From Chloroflexota bacterium (GTDB taxonomy: Bacteria > Chloroflexota > Limnocylindria > Limnocylindrales > CSP1-4), in assembly GCA_029240655.1 (NCBI GenBank), contig JARDZW010000001.1:1-54526 (forward strand): a stretch of 54,526 nucleotides of DNA. Reading direction: 5' to 3'. The position numbers and the translations under genes are program-made. Under the pieces are notes generated by a model. That model saw nothing but the letters and a program-made list of their open reading frames with translations. It had not been told where the DNA came from and ran no database searches. Position 1 is the first letter of the stretch. Every line of letters starts with the position of its first letter. Of the stretch, positions 44,536 to 53,062 are shown piece after piece.

Positions 44536-45311
44536 CCGACGGCCTGCGCGTCGAGGTCGACGGGCCGGTCGCGACGCTCACCCTCGACCGGCCGGAGGCG
44601 CTCAACGCGCTGACGATCCCGATGAAGCTCGCCCTGCGGGCGGAGCTGGAGCGAATCGCCGTCGACCGAGCCGTCCGGGCCGTGATCCTGACCGGGGCCG
44701 GTCGTGCGTTCTGCGCCGGGCAGGACCTCGCCGAGCGCGAGCGACCCGATGCCGCGCCCCTCGATGAGGAGGTCCGCGAGCGCTACAACCCGATCATCCG
44801 GGCCCTGCGCTCCATGGGCCAGCCCGTCATCGCGGCCGTCAACGGGGTGGCTGCTGGGGCCGGGGCCTCGCTCGCGTTCGCCTGCGACCTGCGCATCGCC
44901 GCCGCCGACGCTCGGTTCGTGCTTGCGTTCGGGCGGATCGGGCTGATCCCAGACAGCGGAGCGACCTGGCTGCTGCCACGCCTGGTCGGCGCGGCGCGGG
45001 CCGCCGAGATGGCCCTTGTCGGAGATCCGATCTCCGCCGAGGAGGCGCTGCGTATCGGTCTGGTGTCGCGCGTCGTGCCCAACGACGATCTGCAGGCGGA
45101 GGCCCGGACGCTCGCCGATCGAGTCGCGGCCGGTGCGCCCTTGGCCGTCGCTCTGACGAAGGGCGCCCTCGAGCGGGCCGCAACGATCGACCTCGACGAG
45201 GCGCTCGAAGGCGAGGCGAAGCTGCAGGGGATCGCCGGCGCGAGCGCCGATCACGCCGAGGGCCTCGCCGCGTTCCGCGAGAAGCGGGCGCCGCAGTTCA
45301 CCGGGGAGTAG
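44532..45311 (+). CDS. paaG: 1,2-epoxyphenylacetyl-CoA isomerase / enoyl-CoA isomerase (PaaG-like crotonase)
   Basis: Very close to E. coli PaaG by motif: 'LTGAGRAFCAGQDL', 'AAVNGVAAGAGASLA', 'GLIPDSGATWLLPRLVG', C-terminus 'EGLAAFREKRAPQFTGE'. Confidence 0.85.
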   Translation: MTDGLRVEVDGPVATLTLDRPEALNALTIPMKLALRAELERIAVDRAVRAVILTGAGRAFCAGQDLAERERPDAAPLDEEVRERYNPIIRALRSMGQPVIAAVNGVAAGAGASLAFACDLRIAAADARFVLAFGRIGLIPDSGATWLLPRLVGAARAAEMALVGDPISAEEALRIGLVSRVVPNDDLQAEARTLADRVAAGAPLAVALTKGALERAATIDLDEALEGEAKLQGIAGASADHAEGLAAFREKRAPQFTGE

Positions 45312-45352
45312 CCGCGCGCTTGCCCGCGCGAGCCCCGTGACGTAGGCTGGTG

Positions 45353-45368
45353 CCTAACGAACGTTAGG
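45353..45368. promoter_or_regulatory. 16-bp palindrome CCTAACGAACGTTAGG (PaaR-type operator candidate)
   Basis: Read directly; only the central AA pair breaks symmetry. The core CTAACGAACGTTAG fits the CNAACGNNCGTTNG consensus I recall for Thermus PaaR. It lies 17 nt upstream of the TetR gene start and overlaps a TAGGTT -10-like string. Confidence 0.6.
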
Positions 45369-45384
45369 TTGGAGCCCACAACCC

Positions 45385-45984
45385 ATGGTCGAGACCACGC
45401 GACGTCGCGAGATCGAAGACGTCGCCAGCGAACTGTTTCGCGAGCACGGCTATTCCGGGACGAGCGTGCGCGACATCGCCCGTGCGCTGGACATCCAGGG
45501 AGCCAGCCTGTACGCGCACGTCGCCTCCAAGCAGGACGTGCTCTGGTCGATCGTCGACCGCACGGCCTCCCAGTTCGAAGCCGCGGCGGATGCGGCGCTG
45601 GCTGACCTCGGCGACGCGGAGCCGATGGCCAGGCTTCGCGCCCTCGCCCTTGCCCACGTCGGGGTCGTGGTCGAAGACATCGGGCGGGCCAGCGTGTTCA
45701 TCCACGAGTGGCGCTCGCTCAGCCCCGAGCGCCGCGCCAGGACGCTGACCCGCCGCGACGCCTACGAACAGCGGTTCCGCGACGTCATCCGCGAGGGCAT
45801 CGTTGCTGGCACATTCGCGCCCATCGACCCGACGGTCGCCGCCGCCTACCTCCTGACCGCGCTCAACGGCCTCGTCGCCTGGTACCAGCCCGACGGCCGG
45901 CTCGGCCCGAGTTCCGTGACGGACGCCTATGTCGAGCTGTCGATCCGCGCCGTATCGGGCGCCGCCGCGGACGAGGCGTCATGA
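45385..45984 (+). CDS. paaR: TetR-family transcriptional regulator in the paa cluster (PaaR-like)
   Basis: N-terminal HTH 'FREHGYSGTSVRDIARALDIQGASLYAHVASKQDVL'. GGAG lies 9 nt upstream. The stop overlaps the paaA start (ATGA at 45981-45984). Confidence 0.8.
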   Translation: MVETTRRREIEDVASELFREHGYSGTSVRDIARALDIQGASLYAHVASKQDVLWSIVDRTASQFEAAADAALADLGDAEPMARLRALALAHVGVVVEDIGRASVFIHEWRSLSPERRARTLTRRDAYEQRFRDVIREGIVAGTFAPIDPTVAAAYLLTALNGLVAWYQPDGRLGPSSVTDAYVELSIRAVSGAAADEAS

Positions 45985-46991
45985 CCGACCCGCTCGCACT
46001 CGATCCGGTCCTCGCACCAGGCGACCGTTCGACCGACGCCGTCCCGTCGACGCTGGCGCCCACGCGCGCCCATGACGAGGCTTACGACGCGTGGTTCGAG
46101 CGCTTCGAAGCGCACCTCGCGGCCGGCGGGACCGTGGAATCGACCGATTCGATGCCCGACGAATACCGGACCGCGGTCCTGCGCTTCGTTGAGATGCACG
46201 CCAACTCCGAGCTCATGGGCGTGCTCCCGGAACGCGACTGGATCATGCGAGCGCCGACCCTGCGCCGGAAGCTCGCGCTGACCGCCAAGATCCAGGACGA
46301 GGTGGGCCACGCGCAGTTGCTGTACCGCGTCGCGGAAGACCTCGGCAAGCCGCGCGAGGCGATGTTCGACGACCTGCTCGCCGGCAAGACCAAGTTCCAC
46401 AACGTGTTCCACTACCCGACCCGGTCGTGGGCGGACGTCGGGATGATCGCCTGGCTCGTGGATGCCGCGGCGATCGTCGCGCAGCAGGCGCTCCGGAACT
46501 CGTCGTACGCGCCGTACGCCCGGACCATGCGCAAGATCTGCTGGGAGGAGTCGGTCCACATCATGCACGGGCGCGACGTCGTCGTGACGATGGTCACCGG
46601 GTCGCCGGCACAACGCGCCGCGATCCAGGAAGCCCTCGACCGGTGGTGGGGACCCCTGATGCAGATGCACGGCCCGCGCTCTCCGCGCGAGAAGGACAAG
46701 GACCTGCGCTGGCGCATCAAGGCAAAGACGTCGGAAGAACTGCGCCAGGAGTTCCTTACGATCTACGTCCCGCGCATCCGTGAGCTCGGACTCGTGATCC
46801 CGGATCCGGAGCTGCGGTTCGACGAGGACGCGGGGGAGTGGCGCTACACCGAACCGGACTGGGACGAGCTGCGCACGGTCGTCACGAACCACGGCCCGAT
46901 GTCCGAGGAGCGGCTGGAGTTCCGGCGGCTGGCCCGGAGCGAGACGGCCTGGGTCCGCGAGACGATCCTGGCCGCGCCGCAGGCAGCATGA
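45981..46991 (+). CDS. paaA: 1,2-phenylacetyl-CoA epoxidase, catalytic subunit A
   Basis: Di-iron ligand motifs 'QDEVGHAQLL' and 'EESVHIMHG'. The start is internal to track ORF 45708..46991. Confidence 0.88.
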   Translation: MTDPLALDPVLAPGDRSTDAVPSTLAPTRAHDEAYDAWFERFEAHLAAGGTVESTDSMPDEYRTAVLRFVEMHANSELMGVLPERDWIMRAPTLRRKLALTAKIQDEVGHAQLLYRVAEDLGKPREAMFDDLLAGKTKFHNVFHYPTRSWADVGMIAWLVDAAAIVAQQALRNSSYAPYARTMRKICWEESVHIMHGRDVVVTMVTGSPAQRAAIQEALDRWWGPLMQMHGPRSPREKDKDLRWRIKAKTSEELRQEFLTIYVPRIRELGLVIPDPELRFDEDAGEWRYTEPDWDELRTVVTNHGPMSEERLEFRRLARSETAWVRETILAAPQAA

Positions 46992-47368
46992 CGGCGCGAA
47001 TCCTCGGACCGATGGCTAGCAGCGGAGCGTCGCCTCGCGCCCCGGAGGGGCCATCGGGGGCGCTCGAGCCCTGGGAGGTGTTCCGCCAGGAGAAGGACGG
47101 CGACCCGATGCGCCATGGCGGCAGCGTCATGGCCCCGGACGCGGAGCTTGCCATGCACTACGCCCGCGAGCTGTTCGGTCGCCGCCAGGAAAGCGTGCGC
47201 CTCTGGATCGTCCGTCGCGCCGACGTCGTCGACCTGCACGACCCGGACCTGCTCCAGCCCCCGCTCGACCGCTCGTTCAAGAAGCCCGGTGGCTACGTCA
47301 TGCGCGACAAGCTCGCGGCCGCCCGTTCGGCCGCGGGGCAGGAAAAGCCGAAGGCACGCGCGACGTGA
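46988..47368 (+). CDS. paaB: 1,2-phenylacetyl-CoA epoxidase, subunit B
   Basis: 'WEVFRQEKDGDPMRHGGSVMAPDAELAMHYARELFGRR...LWIVRR' is the PaaB core. ATGA overlap with paaA. Confidence 0.85.
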   Translation: MTARILGPMASSGASPRAPEGPSGALEPWEVFRQEKDGDPMRHGGSVMAPDAELAMHYARELFGRRQESVRLWIVRRADVVDLHDPDLLQPPLDRSFKKPGGYVMRDKLAAARSAAGQEKPKARAT

Positions 47369-48159
47369 GCACGGCGACCGGGTTGACCGCCCCGACCCAC
47401 CCGGCGCCGGCGGTCGACGGCCTGGACGAGCTGCTGCGCTCGATGGCGGACGACGAGTTCGTCATCGGGTTCTCCGATTCGGAGTGGACGGGGATCGCCC
47501 CGCAGCTCGAAGAAGACATCGCCATGAGCTCGCTGGCCCAGGACGAGCTGGGTCACGCGCAGGCGCTGTTCCAGATGCTGGCGACCGTGACCGGCACCGG
47601 TGACGCGGATTCGCTCGCCTACGACCGCGAGCCCGCGGATTACCGGCACGCACGACTCCTGGACCACGGCCGCGGCGACTGGGCGATGACGATCGCCCGA
47701 CGCTACCTGTACGAAACCGCTGATTCCGTCCGTCTCGCGGCCCTCATGTCGGCCTCGTGGTCGCCCCTCGCGGAGCTCGTCGGCAAGCTCGTCCGTGAGG
47801 AGCGCTATCACCTCATGCATGTCGACCTGTGGCTGGACCGCCTCGCGACCACGAACGGGGAGCCGCGCGATCGCCTGATCTCCGCGCTGGAGACGCTCGG
47901 CCCGGATTGCGGGACGGTGTTCACGCCGCTCCCCGGCGAGCCGGCACTGCTCGAGGCCCGGATCCTCCGCCGACCCATGGCGGAGCTCGAGCGAGACTGG
48001 CGCGCCGGCGTGGCGCCCACGCTCGAACGGCTCGGTCTTCCGGCGCTGCCGGCTACGCGGGATCCCACCCGCGGCCGCACCGACCACGGCGAGCCCTTCA
48101 CCTGGCTGCACGGCGAGTTCACCGCCGTGCGGCGCAGCGATCCCGGGGCCACGTGGTGA
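47365..48159 (+). CDS. paaC: 1,2-phenylacetyl-CoA epoxidase, subunit C
   Basis: 'LLRSMADDEFVIGFSDSEW' and 'QDELGHAQALF' (PaaA-like ferritin fold, structural subunit). GTGA overlaps on both sides. Confidence 0.85.
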   Translation: MSTATGLTAPTHPAPAVDGLDELLRSMADDEFVIGFSDSEWTGIAPQLEEDIAMSSLAQDELGHAQALFQMLATVTGTGDADSLAYDREPADYRHARLLDHGRGDWAMTIARRYLYETADSVRLAALMSASWSPLAELVGKLVREERYHLMHVDLWLDRLATTNGEPRDRLISALETLGPDCGTVFTPLPGEPALLEARILRRPMAELERDWRAGVAPTLERLGLPALPATRDPTRGRTDHGEPFTWLHGEFTAVRRSDPGATW

Positions 48160-48671
48160 GCGAGCTCGGCACCCACGTCGCGGTCGCTCGGTCGCGCGCC
48201 GGCGTGCCTCCGGCGACATCGCTCCCCACGGAGTCGGCAGTCCGGGCCGCCCTTACCGAGGTTCCGGATCCCGAGCTCCCGGTCCTGTCTGTGGTCGATC
48301 TCGGGATCGTGCATCGAGTCGACGTCGGTGCCGATGGCATCCGGGTCGCGATCCTGCCGACCTTCGTCGGCTGCCCGGCGCTCGACGTCATCCGTGGCTC
48401 GATCGCCGACCGCCTCGCCGCCTTCGGATTGCCCGTCGAGGTCGAGACGACCTTCGAGGTGCCCTGGACCTCCGATCGGATCTCCGCCGCAGGAAAGCGC
48501 GCACTCGCGTCCGTTGGCATCGCCCCACCGGCGGAGCCCGCCGACGTGCGCTGCCCGTTCTGTGCGTCCGGCCGGGTCGTCATGGACAGCGCGTTCGGGC
48601 CGACCCAGTGCCGCTCCCTGTTCTACTGCCGAGCGTGTCGCCAGCCGTTCGAGGCGCTCAAGACGGTCTGA
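48156..48671 (+). CDS. paaD: 1,2-phenylacetyl-CoA epoxidase, subunit D (DUF59 plus C-terminal Zn ribbon)
   Basis: 'VPDPELPVLSVVDLGIV' DUF59 core and 'CPFCAS...CRACRQPF'. GTG 48156 overlaps the paaC stop. Confidence 0.85.
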   Translation: MSELGTHVAVARSRAGVPPATSLPTESAVRAALTEVPDPELPVLSVVDLGIVHRVDVGADGIRVAILPTFVGCPALDVIRGSIADRLAAFGLPVEVETTFEVPWTSDRISAAGKRALASVGIAPPAEPADVRCPFCASGRVVMDSAFGPTQCRSLFYCRACRQPFEALKTV

Positions 48672-48776
48672 GCAGCCGTCGACGCTGTTACGCGGATTCG
48701 ATACGCGCGCCCCGGTTGACGATGCGCACCACCTGTACTAAGGCGCATACCGGACGCCCGCACGTGGAGGATGTGC

Positions 48777-48923
48777 ATGGACAGGCAACGATCGAGTGCA
48801 CCTGCCGACGGCCGCGCCCATAGCCTGTGGGCCACGCTGCGCTCCCTGATCGAGGCGTTCCGAACGCCGAAGCCCTCCCCGGTGCCGGTCATCGTGACGC
48901 GCACCGTCCGCCGCCGCCGCTAG
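48777..48923 (+). CDS. Candidate small ORF (48 aa, Arg-rich C-terminus), not in the ORF track
   Basis: GGAGG at 48766-48770 lies 6 nt before ATG 48777 (an in-frame ATG also at 48771). Translated by hand: MDRQRSSAPADGRAHSLWATLRSLIEAFRTPKPSPVPVIVTRTVRRRR*, TAG at 48921-48923. From codon 9 onward the third positions are almost all G/C. Confidence 0.35.
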   Translation: MDRQRSSAPADGRAHSLWATLRSLIEAFRTPKPSPVPVIVTRTVRRRR

Positions 48924-48954
48924 TCGGCCACCCCGACCCTTCGACGCGGACGCC

Positions 48955-48960
48955 TATGCT
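48955..48960 (+). promoter_or_regulatory. -10-like hexamer TATGCT, 6 nt upstream of GTG 48967 (leaderless pattern)
   Basis: 'ccTATGCTccgctcGTG' read directly. Confidence 0.45.
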
Positions 48961-48966
48961 CCGCTC

Positions 48967-50088
48967 GTGACCGGTTCGGCGACACCCGACCTCGAGCCAC
49001 GCGCGCTCCCGATCATCGGCGTCGTGGGCGCCGGCGCCATGGGTGCCGGTATCGCGCAGGTGGCGCTCGAAGCCGGCTCCGAGGTCGTCCTCCACGACGT
49101 CGATCCTGCCGCCATCGAGCGCGCTCGAGCCGGCATCCAGCGTGGGCTCGAGCGCCGCGCCGCGCAGCTCGACCTGGACCCGGACACGATCGACGCATGG
49201 GCGGCCGGGCGCCTCGAACGACTGCGCGATGCGCGAACCCTGGACGCAGTCGCGGCCGAAGCCGAGCTGATCGTGGAGGCTGTTCTCGAGGACCTCGGCC
49301 TCAAACAGGAGATCTTCCGAGCGCTCGACGCGGCTGCCCGGAGCGACACGATCCTCGCGACCAACACCAGCGCGCTGTCGATCGAGGCGATCGCCGCCGC
49401 AACCGCCCAGCCTGCACGGGTCCTCGGGCTGCACTTCTTCAACCCGGTACCGCGCATGCCCCTGGTGGAGGTGGTGCCCGGCGAGGTGACTTCCCGCGAG
49501 GTCGTCGCACGCGCCGAGGACATCGTGAAAACCTTGGGCAAGACCCCGGTCCGCTGCACGGACTCGCCGGGGTTCATCGTCAACCGCGTGAACCGCCCGT
49601 TCACGATCGAGGCGCTGCGGCTCCTCGAGTCGGGAGCGGCGTCCGTCGAGGGCATCGACGCCGCGATGCGCGAGGCCGGATTCCCGCTTGGTCCGTTCGA
49701 GCTCATGGACCTCACCGGCATCGACGTGACGCTTGCGGCGGCGCGGGGCGTGTGGGAAGGGCTGGGCCGTCCCGACCACCTGCGGCCATCGGAGATCCAG
49801 GAGCGACTCGCGGCCGCGGAGCACCTGGGCCGCAAGAGTGGCGTCGGCTTCTACGTGTACACGGACGGCCGGCGCGACTCGGTAGCACCCGAGTTCCGGG
49901 TTTCCGAACCGCCCGGCACTGCGTTGCCGGCCGCCGAGATCACGTCGAGGATTTTCCGGGCGATCGATGCGGAGGCAGAGCGCACGCTCGCCGACGGCGT
50001 CGCGACCGAATCCGACATCGACCTGGCGCTGCGACTCGGGGCCGCGCACCCGATGGGTCCGTTCGAGCGGATGTCCACCTCAGGCTGA
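48967..50088 (+). CDS. paaH: 3-hydroxyacyl-CoA dehydrogenase (PaaH-like)
   Basis: NAD loop '[14 protein letters not shown]', 'TNTSALS', '[14 protein letters not shown]', 'DSPGFIVNR'. Confidence 0.82.
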   Translation: MTGSATPDLEPRALPIIGVVGAGAMGAGIAQVALEAGSEVVLHDVDPAAIERARAGIQRGLERRAAQLDLDPDTIDAWAAGRLERLRDARTLDAVAAEAELIVEAVLEDLGLKQEIFRALDAAARSDTILATNTSALSIEAIAAATAQPARVLGLHFFNPVPRMPLVEVVPGEVTSREVVARAEDIVKTLGKTPVRCTDSPGFIVNRVNRPFTIEALRLLESGAASVEGIDAAMREAGFPLGPFELMDLTGIDVTLAAARGVWEGLGRPDHLRPSEIQERLAAAEHLGRKSGVGFYVYTDGRRDSVAPEFRVSEPPGTALPAAEITSRIFRAIDAEAERTLADGVATESDIDLALRLGAAHPMGPFERMSTSG

Positions 50089-50134
50089 CCGTGGCGACAG
50101 GCCGGCTCGTCGGCCCGCTCCGCCCGCCGCCGCC

Positions 50135-50140
50135 TACAAT
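50135..50140 (+). promoter_or_regulatory. -10-like hexamer TACAAT, 6 nt upstream of GTG 50147 (leaderless pattern)
   Basis: 'ccTACAATccgtgcGTG' read directly. Confidence 0.45.
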
Positions 50141-50146
50141 CCGTGC

Positions 50147-51376
50147 GTGTCTGACCCGAACCGAACCCTGCGCGACGCCTGGATCGTCGAGGCGGTCCGT
50201 ACGCCGATCGGCCGCTATGGCGGGGCGCTGGCGGCCGTTCGGCCGGACGACCTCGCCGCGCTGGTGCTACGGGCCATCGTGGACCGCGCCGGTGTCGACG
50301 CCGCGTTGATCGAGGACGTGATCCTCGGCTGCGCGAACCAGGCGGGCGAAGACAACCGCGACGTCGCGCGCATGGCCGTGCTGCTGGCCGGCTTCCCGGT
50401 CGAGGTCGGTGGGCTGACCGTCAACCGCCTGTGCGGGTCGGGGCTGCAGGCCGTCAACTCGGCCGCCCATGCCATCGCTGTCGGCGATGGCGACGTGTTC
50501 ATCGGCGGTGGCGTGGAGTCGATGACCCGGGCCCCGTACGTCATGGCCAAGCCCGCGAATGCCTGGGACCGCGGGCCGCGCGAGGTCGAGGACACGACGC
50601 TGGGCTGGCGGTTCCTCAATCCGAAGCTGGCCGAGATGTACTACCCGTATTCGATGGGCGAGACGGCCGAGAACGTCGCGGAGCGCTACGGCGTCGACCG
50701 CGAGCGCCAGGACGCGTTCGCGCTCGAAAGCCAGCGTCGCGCGGTCGCGGCCATCGAGGCGGGCAGGTTCGACGAGCAGATCGTCCCGGTCGAGGTCGCC
50801 GGCCGCAAGGGCGAGACGACGACCGTCACCCGCGACGAGCACCCCCGCGCCGACACATCCGCCGAAGCGCTGGCGAAGCTCCGACCGGCGTTCAAGCAGG
50901 AGGGCGGGTCGGTCACCGCCGGAAACAGCTCCGGCATCAACGACGGTGCCTCGGCGGTCCTGCTCGTGGAGGCCGATCGTGCCCGCGAGCTGGGGCTCGA
51001 GCCGCTCGCTCGGGTCGTGTCGACCGCGGTTGCCGGCGTGGACCCCGCGGTCATGGGCATCGGCCCCGTGCCCGCCACCCGCAAGGCGCTCGAGCGCGCC
51101 GGGATCGTCATCGACGACCTCGACATCATCGAGCTGAACGAGGCGTTCGCGTCGCAGTCGATCGCGGTCATCGACGAGCTGCGGCTGGATCCGGCCAAAG
51201 TGAACCCGAACGGCGGGGCGATCGCGCTCGGGCATCCGCTCGGGATGAGCGGCGGCCGACTCATCACGATGCTCACGCACGAATTGCGGCGGACCGGCGG
51301 CCGCTACGGCCTCGCCACGATGTGCATCGGCGTGGGCCAGGGGATCGCCACGATCGTGGAGCGTGTGGACGACTAG
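50147..51376 (+). CDS. paaJ: 3-oxoadipyl-CoA/acetyl-CoA acyltransferase (thiolase, PaaJ-like)
   Basis: GTG 50147 ([26 protein letters not shown]), internal to track ORF 49967..51376. Active-site '[11 protein letters not shown]', '[14 protein letters not shown]', 'CIGVGQG'. Confidence 0.85.
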   Translation: MSDPNRTLRDAWIVEAVRTPIGRYGGALAAVRPDDLAALVLRAIVDRAGVDAALIEDVILGCANQAGEDNRDVARMAVLLAGFPVEVGGLTVNRLCGSGLQAVNSAAHAIAVGDGDVFIGGGVESMTRAPYVMAKPANAWDRGPREVEDTTLGWRFLNPKLAEMYYPYSMGETAENVAERYGVDRERQDAFALESQRRAVAAIEAGRFDEQIVPVEVAGRKGETTTVTRDEHPRADTSAEALAKLRPAFKQEGGSVTAGNSSGINDGASAVLLVEADRARELGLEPLARVVSTAVAGVDPAVMGIGPVPATRKALERAGIVIDDLDIIELNEAFASQSIAVIDELRLDPAKVNPNGGAIALGHPLGMSGGRLITMLTHELRRTGGRYGLATMCIGVGQGIATIVERVDD

Positions 51377-51479
51377 CCCGAGTCCCAAACGCCTCGCGTG
51401 GTAGCGGCTGAGCCCATCAAGGGTCCACGACCGGCGTTTGTCGAGGCGGCCGCCGGTCGGTCGCTGACATCCGCTTGGA

Positions 51480-52277
51480 TCAGTGCTCGATGCGCATCGA
51501 CGCCAGGACGCCATCGAGCTCCGCCAAGTCTGTGGCAGACGTATCGGGCATGTGCCACGTGTCGATGACGAGCCGGTCGCCACTGACGTCGACGATGTAG
51601 ACCACGTTCAGCTGACCGGGGTGCATCCCGAGGTTCTCTGTTCCGTTGTCAAGGGCGGTGTCTCCACCCGGTGCCACCCAGGTCCGCATGACCCCTTCGT
51701 CGCAAGTGGCCATGTCGATGTCCGCCGGGATCGACAACTCGATCCGCGTTGCGGGGAAGCCGCCCAGCATGACGTCCGTCGGCGCTGTGGCATTGCGACC
51801 TTTCTGGGCCACCAGCGCGGTCGCGAGATCCTCGACGGCCGGCCCAACGGCTGGGTTGAGCAACGACCCCTGCCATTGACACGGATCCCTGTAGACATTG
51901 GCGATGATCCAGTTGCCGACAGCGATCTCACCGGGACCGCCGCGGTCCTTGTGGGCAATCCCATACCGGCTCATCCATCCCGCAGGCATGGTAAAGGTGA
52001 TATCGGCTGGCGTCGCTTCTCCCGCTGCCCAAAGATACGTGCCGGGAGCCACGTCGTCGCTGACTCCCGGGAATTCGGTCACTCCAACCGAGGCAGCCGG
52101 TGACGCGACCGCGGTCGGGCTCGTCGTCAGGCTCGTCGCGGGCGTCGCAGCCGGACTCGCCGAGGCAGGCGTCTCGCTCGAGACTACCGGCCCGGTCGTG
52201 CAAGCGGTGACGAATAGAACCATGACGAGGACGAGGGCTGTGCCCGGCGATGCGGACCAGCCAAACGGGCGCTTCAT
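51480..52277 (-). CDS. Lipoprotein, function unknown
   Basis: ATG 52277 with AGGAGG upstream. Signal peptide plus lipobox 'LVLVMVLFVTAC', then a Thr/Ser/Pro/Ala-rich linker. The upstream part of the track ORF is rejected. Confidence 0.72.
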   Translation of the reverse strand: MKRPFGWSASPGTALVLVMVLFVTACTTGPVVSSETPASASPAATPATSLTTSPTAVASPAASVGVTEFPGVSDDVAPGTYLWAAGEATPADITFTMPAGWMSRYGIAHKDRGGPGEIAVGNWIIANVYRDPCQWQGSLLNPAVGPAVEDLATALVAQKGRNATAPTDVMLGGFPATRIELSIPADIDMATCDEGVMRTWVAPGGDTALDNGTENLGMHPGQLNVVYIVDVSGDRLVIDTWHMPDTSATDLAELDGVLASMRIEH

Positions 52278-52468
52278 ATCGATCCTCCTGTCGGTGTGTG
52301 TCACAAGACCCACTCGATAGATGCCGGCCACGATGTCGGGGTTTGGCGACTCGATCCCTCCGCCCGACCCAACCCACTGCCCACCGGCGGCATCTGGACC
52401 TCCGACAACAGGAATCCATGGCGACACCGCGACCAGCGGGCGCTAGGATCGACCGGCCGAGGGGTGAC

Positions 52469-53062
52469 GTGGATGCGGTAACGACGGCAGCGAAGGCGGC
52501 GACGTCGGCCGACGACGCGCTCGTTCGACGCGCTCGCCGTGGCGACGCGGCGGCGTTCGGGATGCTGGTCGACACGCGGCTCGATCGCTGCTACCGCCTC
52601 GCCTGGTCGATCCTTTCCAACGATGCCGACGCGGCCGACGCCACCCAGGACGCGCTCGTTTCTGCATGGCGACAGCTTCCCAGGCTGCGCGATTCGGCAG
52701 CCTTTGATGGCTGGCTCAACCGTATCGTCGCGAACGCGGCGTTGATGGCGCGCAGGCGTCGGGTTCGGCTGCGCGAGGTGTCGGTTCGGCCGGCGTCTCC
52801 GGGGGACGTCACCCCAGAGCCCGAACCCCCGCAAGATCCGCACGCGCGGACCGCGATGGACCAGCTGGTCGACAACGACGCCATCGCCCGCGCCTTCGAC
52901 CGGCTGCGGCCGCAGGACCGGCTGATCCTCGTCCTTCACCACGTGGAGGAGCGGCCCGTCGCCGAGATCGCCCGCTCGCTCGGCATCCCCGTTGGGACTG
53001 CGAAGTGGCGACTGCACGCCGCCCGCGGCGCCCTCGAGAAGGCGATGGAGGCCGAGGCATGA
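52469..53062 (+). CDS. ECF-type RNA polymerase sigma factor (sigma-70 group 4)
   Basis: Region 2 'DATQDALVSAWRQLPRLRDSAAFDGWLNRIVANAA'; region 4 'ERPVAEIARSLGIPVGTAKWRLHAARGAL'. GTG 52469 has GAGGGG upstream; the start is uncertain by a few codons. Confidence 0.82.
   Translation: MDAVTTAAKAATSADDALVRRARRGDAAAFGMLVDTRLDRCYRLAWSILSNDADAADATQDALVSAWRQLPRLRDSAAFDGWLNRIVANAALMARRRRVRLREVSVRPASPGDVTPEPEPPQDPHARTAMDQLVDNDAIARAFDRLRPQDRLILVLHHVEERPVAEIARSLGIPVGTAKWRLHAARGALEKAMEAEA

Noticed and set aside
52381-52468. ECF-type autoregulatory promoter (GGAAC-N16/17-CGT) upstream of the sigma gene
   Set aside because: Only a GGAAT at 52411-52415 without a correctly spaced CGT-type -10. A TAGGAT at 52444-52449 fits the housekeeping-type pattern better, so no ECF promoter is called.
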